This document shows, in pieces, positions 59,903 through 64,000 of a stretch of DNA of 64,000 nucleotides; positions within the stretch are counted from its first letter, which is position 1; each line of letters opens with the position of its first letter. Origin of the DNA: Convolutriloba macropyga. Taxonomy: Eukaryota. Under the pieces are notes generated by a model that saw only the letters and a list, made by a program, of their open reading frames with translations, had not been told where the DNA came from and did no database searches. The translations under genes and the position numbers were made by a program. The stretch covers positions 16,492,001 to 16,556,000 of the forward strand of contig NC_134482.1 of the NCBI RefSeq assembly GCF_964194025.1, written 5' to 3'.

Positions 59903-62337
59903 TTAAGGAGGTGTCACCACACTTCGAATTATTGCATCATTTTGTGGTTGTGGTTGATGTGACGCCAGACTTGGGTATTCTGCTTTATTATTTTCTGTAT
60001 GACAATGCTCATCAATTTTATTTTCTCTTGGTTGATCCTCAACGCATTTGTAAGTTTTTTCTATTGTGCTGTAAGGTTGATAATTACTAAGCGGTAAAAA
60101 GTGATTGTTGTTCTGTGGGGCCGACGGTTTGGTTTCGTTAGAGAATACCGGTGTAAAGAACGATAAGATACAAAGATTATATGTTGCTCCTAATAGAATT
60201 TTCCAAAAACCCATTGTTTTGTTGGATATTTTGTGGATTTCGAACGCTCTTATGATTGTTACGATTACATCAGTTAAGAATTTTATGCAAAAGAAACAAG
60301 CAAAATAAACTCCAATTTTTTCCAGATAAAAAGTGATGATTCCAAAAGTGCCTTTGAACTGGTCTGTAAAAAATGTAGGTGAAAGAAGAGAATCTAGATA
60401 AATTTGTCTGTTAATTCCCATTACTGACGCATAGATATCTTTTTGAGAATTTGTCTATGCTTCTTCCTTCTAGAACTTCTCTTGAAATTTTTGTCAAAAC
60501 AGATTTTGAAGCTTCCGAATGCAAGATATTGTCCCAAAACGATTTAAGCTGATTTGGTGTGTAAATTCCGGCACGTTGCGATTCGTAACCGGTAAATTTT
60601 GGAATAGAACTAATAACTCTTGAAGAGAATATGTTTGGCGGTTGTAAAGGAACAGGTGCTGGCATCAAATGGTACTATGAGTTTTCATTATCAATATCTA
60701 ATTGGTAGGCATTTTTATAGCCTCCAACACAATCTACTTCGTTTGCAGATGGGCAGGTTTGTCGAGTAATTGGGTCGACGAACATTGTCCTACCATCATA
60801 ATGAATAGGAATTCTATCATAACACTGCTCAAGAACCTGAAGTGGTGAGTTTGGGTTTGGACAGTGGTACAGCCAACCTATGCTACCATCTGTGTCTAAG
60901 AACATCGAGCGGTTGCCGGTTAACATATATCCAGCTAAACGATTGTTTTGGATAGCCTGCATTAGTATCATTTGTTTTTGAGTTCGGTCAAGTTCGCATT
61001 GTTCTATGACCAAACCTTTCCATGCTTGTTTTTTTTGTTTGCATGTAACTATGATATATGACAAAATCCATTTTTACCGCAAGATTAAGATCATAGTCTA
61101 ACTTCTCTTTGTCTAAGTGTTCCCATGCAACAAAACCTTTGTCGAATGTTCGGATCTGTTCATCTGAAGGCTTCCTATTAAACCCATTTACACTTAGGCT
61201 ATTGTCAGGTTCAACACGAAGTTTATGAAAAAATTGTTGAGTTTTTTGTTTTATAAGGTTTGCCAGTCTTCATATTAAATCCGCCTTTATAAGAAACATA
61301 TAAAGAATCTAAATTTGTTCTGTAAATAAATTCTGGTTTTCCACACACCTTTTCTTTTTCATCAATTACTCTAATTTTTATGTCCATTTCAGCAGGAGAA
61401 TACGCTCCTGGTCCTTCATAGGGCGTCTCCGGTTTTTCATTACTCACTATGAAATACTGTACGTTACCAAGTTCGTTTTCATGTTTTAGCATTTTGGCGT
61501 TTTGTGAAAATCTTTTAGTAACTATACAATTTTCCGGTGCTTCCCAATTGTATGCAAAGGGGTCGAGTGATGTCGAATGACAACCTCCTTCTGAGAGGGC
61601 ACAAGGAAGTTTTAGTCCTTGACTGTTATAGACAGTTCTGTCATTAAGATCAATATCGAGTACAGTTTCTTGCATCAGGGTTTCAAAAGAGAAAAAGAGA
61701 AGTGTTTAATTTGACCACGATTATCACAAGATGTTGATGAATCACCTTCAAGATCAACTCCCTGGTTTTTATAGGAGACAGTTTTTTTTCCATGTTTTAT
61801 GTCAATTTCCATGTCATCATCGTCAAATTCGGTAACAGTAATTTTTCCAGTTTTATTAGCATTTAGGCATTTTTCGGGTGAAACAATAATATCGTATGTT
61901 ATTATTGGAGCGTTGTGTACAATTGATGAATGGGAAAACATACCACAATTATAACGAATGAGCATTGCAGTGACTTTGCACATAAGAGCTTTAACAAAGT
62001 TCCGATAAGACCGTTGATAAAGTGTTACATGTGTATCAACCATCTGAATGTTTTCGGGTGAATTTTTGCAAGGAGAAACTTGTGTTAAAGCATACATTTT
62101 ATTTTCTTTCATTTTAGAACAGTCATAATGAATGACCCTAAGTTTGTTAGATACGTCATTAATATCCTCAAAAGGAGGTCCAGTGGCGTTAATAACTATA
62201 GGAAGAGTACAAAAGTAGAAAAGACTTATAAGTAAATAAGAAAAATAGAGTTTTTCAAAACAAGGATATCTGTTCATCCTGTTCTTTTTTAGCGCTTCAA
62301 GTCGGGAATTAAGGCTATGAGTTGTAGTAATAGGCAC
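59903..62337 (-). pseudogene. env: Envelope glycoprotein, chuvirus-like / class III fusion type, split by frameshifts and one stop
   Basis: Signal-like YFSYLLISLFYFCTLPIVINA. Motifs HYDC, CKV..YNCGMFSH, LDYDLNLAVKMDFV, AGY..LYHC..CYDRIPIHY..FVDPITRQ..EVDC and GIYT..QL. C-terminal TM segments. Confidence 0.75.
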
Positions 62338-62380
62338 TGCCAGTAAATGTTGACTGGATTTATTGCTACCTAAAACAAAG

Positions 62381-62967
62381 TTAAGTAACTCCGGCTTGAT
62401 AGCGTGATGGCGGCTCGGCCGAGCGACTAGAAGTTCGCCTATTATTATTATTATTTTCTAAAGTTTGTAAATTATAAGATCCTTGTTCCGATGTATTAGG
62501 GCGGAGAGGACTTAAATTAGGGTCTAGAGGTATTCTAGAATTATGCTGTGGGCAAGGAGTTGAACTTCTTGTTCGACTACCGCCAGGCAACTGTGTTTGG
62601 ACTGGAGGTGGGTTAACACGACCACCTGAACTTGCTTCGTTGAATCCAGAATCGAAATTGGTAGGAGTTCGGTCAGGGTCGAAGTTCTGCACAGGGGAGT
62701 CTCTTCGTATGAAATTCTCCACGGGGAAATTTTCGGTGTTAGTGGGGCTTTGGAAGGAGAATTTAGTCAAGGGACTGTTGAGTTTATTCATCTGACTTGT
62801 CATTAGATTATTATAAAATGTGTCACAATTATTTTTATCTATACCATATTCTAGGGTTAACTCTGGTATAGTTTCAGTAGCTGGGTAGTACTCGACTAGG
62901 TGATTTCTATGAGCGACCTTCCTGGTGGCCGGGTTGCTATCTAAAGTTAATTCATAGTTAACATTGG
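62381..62967 (-). pseudogene. Frameshifted integrase C-terminal extension (S/T/P/N-rich)
   Basis: After GPY, TNVNYEL...VAHRNHLVEYYP continues in a shifted frame, followed by the low-complexity ORF 62381-62803. Confidence 0.55.
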
Positions 62968-63999
62968 TTAGTTTTTTTCTACTGTATAAGGTCCTGATCT
63001 TATTTCATGTAGTTTTTTTGACTTTCCTAACTCAATTTGATGGTTTTCCATTAGAACTTTTTGTCCAACCTCAAGTGGCTTGCCTAATTTGTGTTTGTTT
63101 CTATGTTTATGTGCGCGGTTATTGTTTTCTAAGCTCTTTTTATAAGCGTTATTGTATATTTGTTTGAATTGGTTTTCTTGCATAAGCAACGAATTGTTAA
63201 TAGTCGGTTTTAGAAGTTTGTCAATTTCGGTGTTTTTTGAAGTTAGCAAGGTATGCCTGTGAAGAGGCAGGTCTTTGCAAAACTCGGAAGAGCATGTGAG
63301 TTGTGAATTTCGTAGGAGTCCTAACTTAAGTGACAGAGGTATCTGTGGTTTTTGTCCGAACACAATTTCATAAGGTGAGATTCCAGTACTAGCATTTGGA
63401 ACCGTGTTATGAGAAAAAGCAAATTTTGGTGCCAGTTCATCCCATTTACCTCGAGCTTGTTCTAGAAAAATTCGGAAATGTGCTCCTAGATGTTTGTTTT
63501 GGATCTCAACTTTACCATTAGTCCAAGGCGCATAAGCAGTTCGAGGTGCGGGTCTTATACCTAAATCATGAATGTAACTCGCAAAATCTTGGTTCATGAA
63601 TGCCGAACCCTTATCATAAACAAGTTTTTGTGGTATTCCAGAAGACAAGATGAACTTTTCTAAAGCTTTTATGGTGTGTACTGCGACTGTGGAACGTACA
63701 GGGTATACTTGAATCAAACGCGAAAATGAATCGACAATAACTAAACAATGGTGTTTACCAATCGATGGAGGATTTAAAGGTCCTTTGTGATCAATATGGA
63801 CCGTATGAAAGGGGAATGGGACTGTATCATTCCAATTTTCGAGAGGTGCTTCGTGGATTTCTCTCCGTTTTTTTTCATTTTTTTTGCATTCCAGGCAATC
63901 AGCAATTAGGTTTTCAATCCATTTATACATTCCGGGCCAATAGAAAAATCGTTTTACATTAGCAAGTGTTTTATCTAAACCTACATGATCTGACAGTTC
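62968..63999 (-). CDS. pol: Ty3/Gypsy integrase (3' end of pol; open off the right edge)
   Basis: H.GLDKT..FYWPGM..CLEC zinc domain; HIDHKGP, VYDKGSAF-x35-E (NGKVE) DDE triad; GPY motif (RSGPYTV). Confidence 0.95.
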   Translation of the reverse strand, partial: ELSDHVGLDKTLANVKRFFYWPGMYKWIENLIADCLECKKNEKKRREIHEAPLENWNDTVPFPFHTVHIDHKGPLNPPSIGKHHCLVIVDSFSRLIQVYPVRSTVAVHTIKALEKFILSSGIPQKLVYDKGSAFMNQDFASYIHDLGIRPAPRTAYAPWTNGKVEIQNKHLGAHFRIFLEQARGKWDELAPKFAFSHNTVPNASTGISPYEIVFGQKPQIPLSLKLGLLRNSQLTCSSEFCKDLPLHRHTLLTSKNTEIDKLLKPTINNSLLMQENQFKQIYNNAYKKSLENNNRAHKHRNKHKLGKPLEVGQKVLMENHQIELGKSKKLHEIRSGPYTVEKN

Positions 64000-64000
64000 A

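Larger units (their letters stand above)
52435..64000 (-). mobile_element. Ty3/Gypsy env-bearing LTR retrotransposon (endogenous retrovirus-like) with large accessory gene cassette; 5' part lies outside the window
   Basis: Order on minus strand: integrase, env-like glycoprotein, about 15 small ORFs, PPT-like tract, LTR. All ORFs are co-oriented. Confidence 0.88.

Overview
AT-rich metazoan (invertebrate-type) genomic DNA with spliceosomal introns; the species cannot be determined from sequence alone. Two host genes lie on the minus strand. One is a class I histone deacetylase (HDAC1/2; five coding exons at 8396-484, continuing off the left edge). The other is the 3' half of an ABCG2-like transporter (five exons at 51784-38022; 5' exons lie beyond the right edge). 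The rest is mostly transposon-derived: several CRE-clade (RLE) non-LTR retrotransposon relics, three CR1/L2-group LINEs (one with a 2A StopGo peptide), MITE/foldback elements and minisatellites. A nearly identical 5.69-kb tandem duplication copies the ABCG terminal exon. The standout is a Ty3/Gypsy LTR element (52435 to >64000, minus strand) in an ABCG intron. After its integrase it carries a chuvirus-like (class III fusion type) envelope glycoprotein and then about 6 kb of tightly packed accessory ORFs before the 3' LTR. These comprise five paralogous ~80-aa proteins, three RING-like zinc fingers, four small transmembrane peptides and a coiled-coil/NLS protein, with a GC-rich kissing-loop RNA structure among them. 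It looks like a complex endogenous retrovirus-like element; this copy is mildly decayed by stops and frameshifts.
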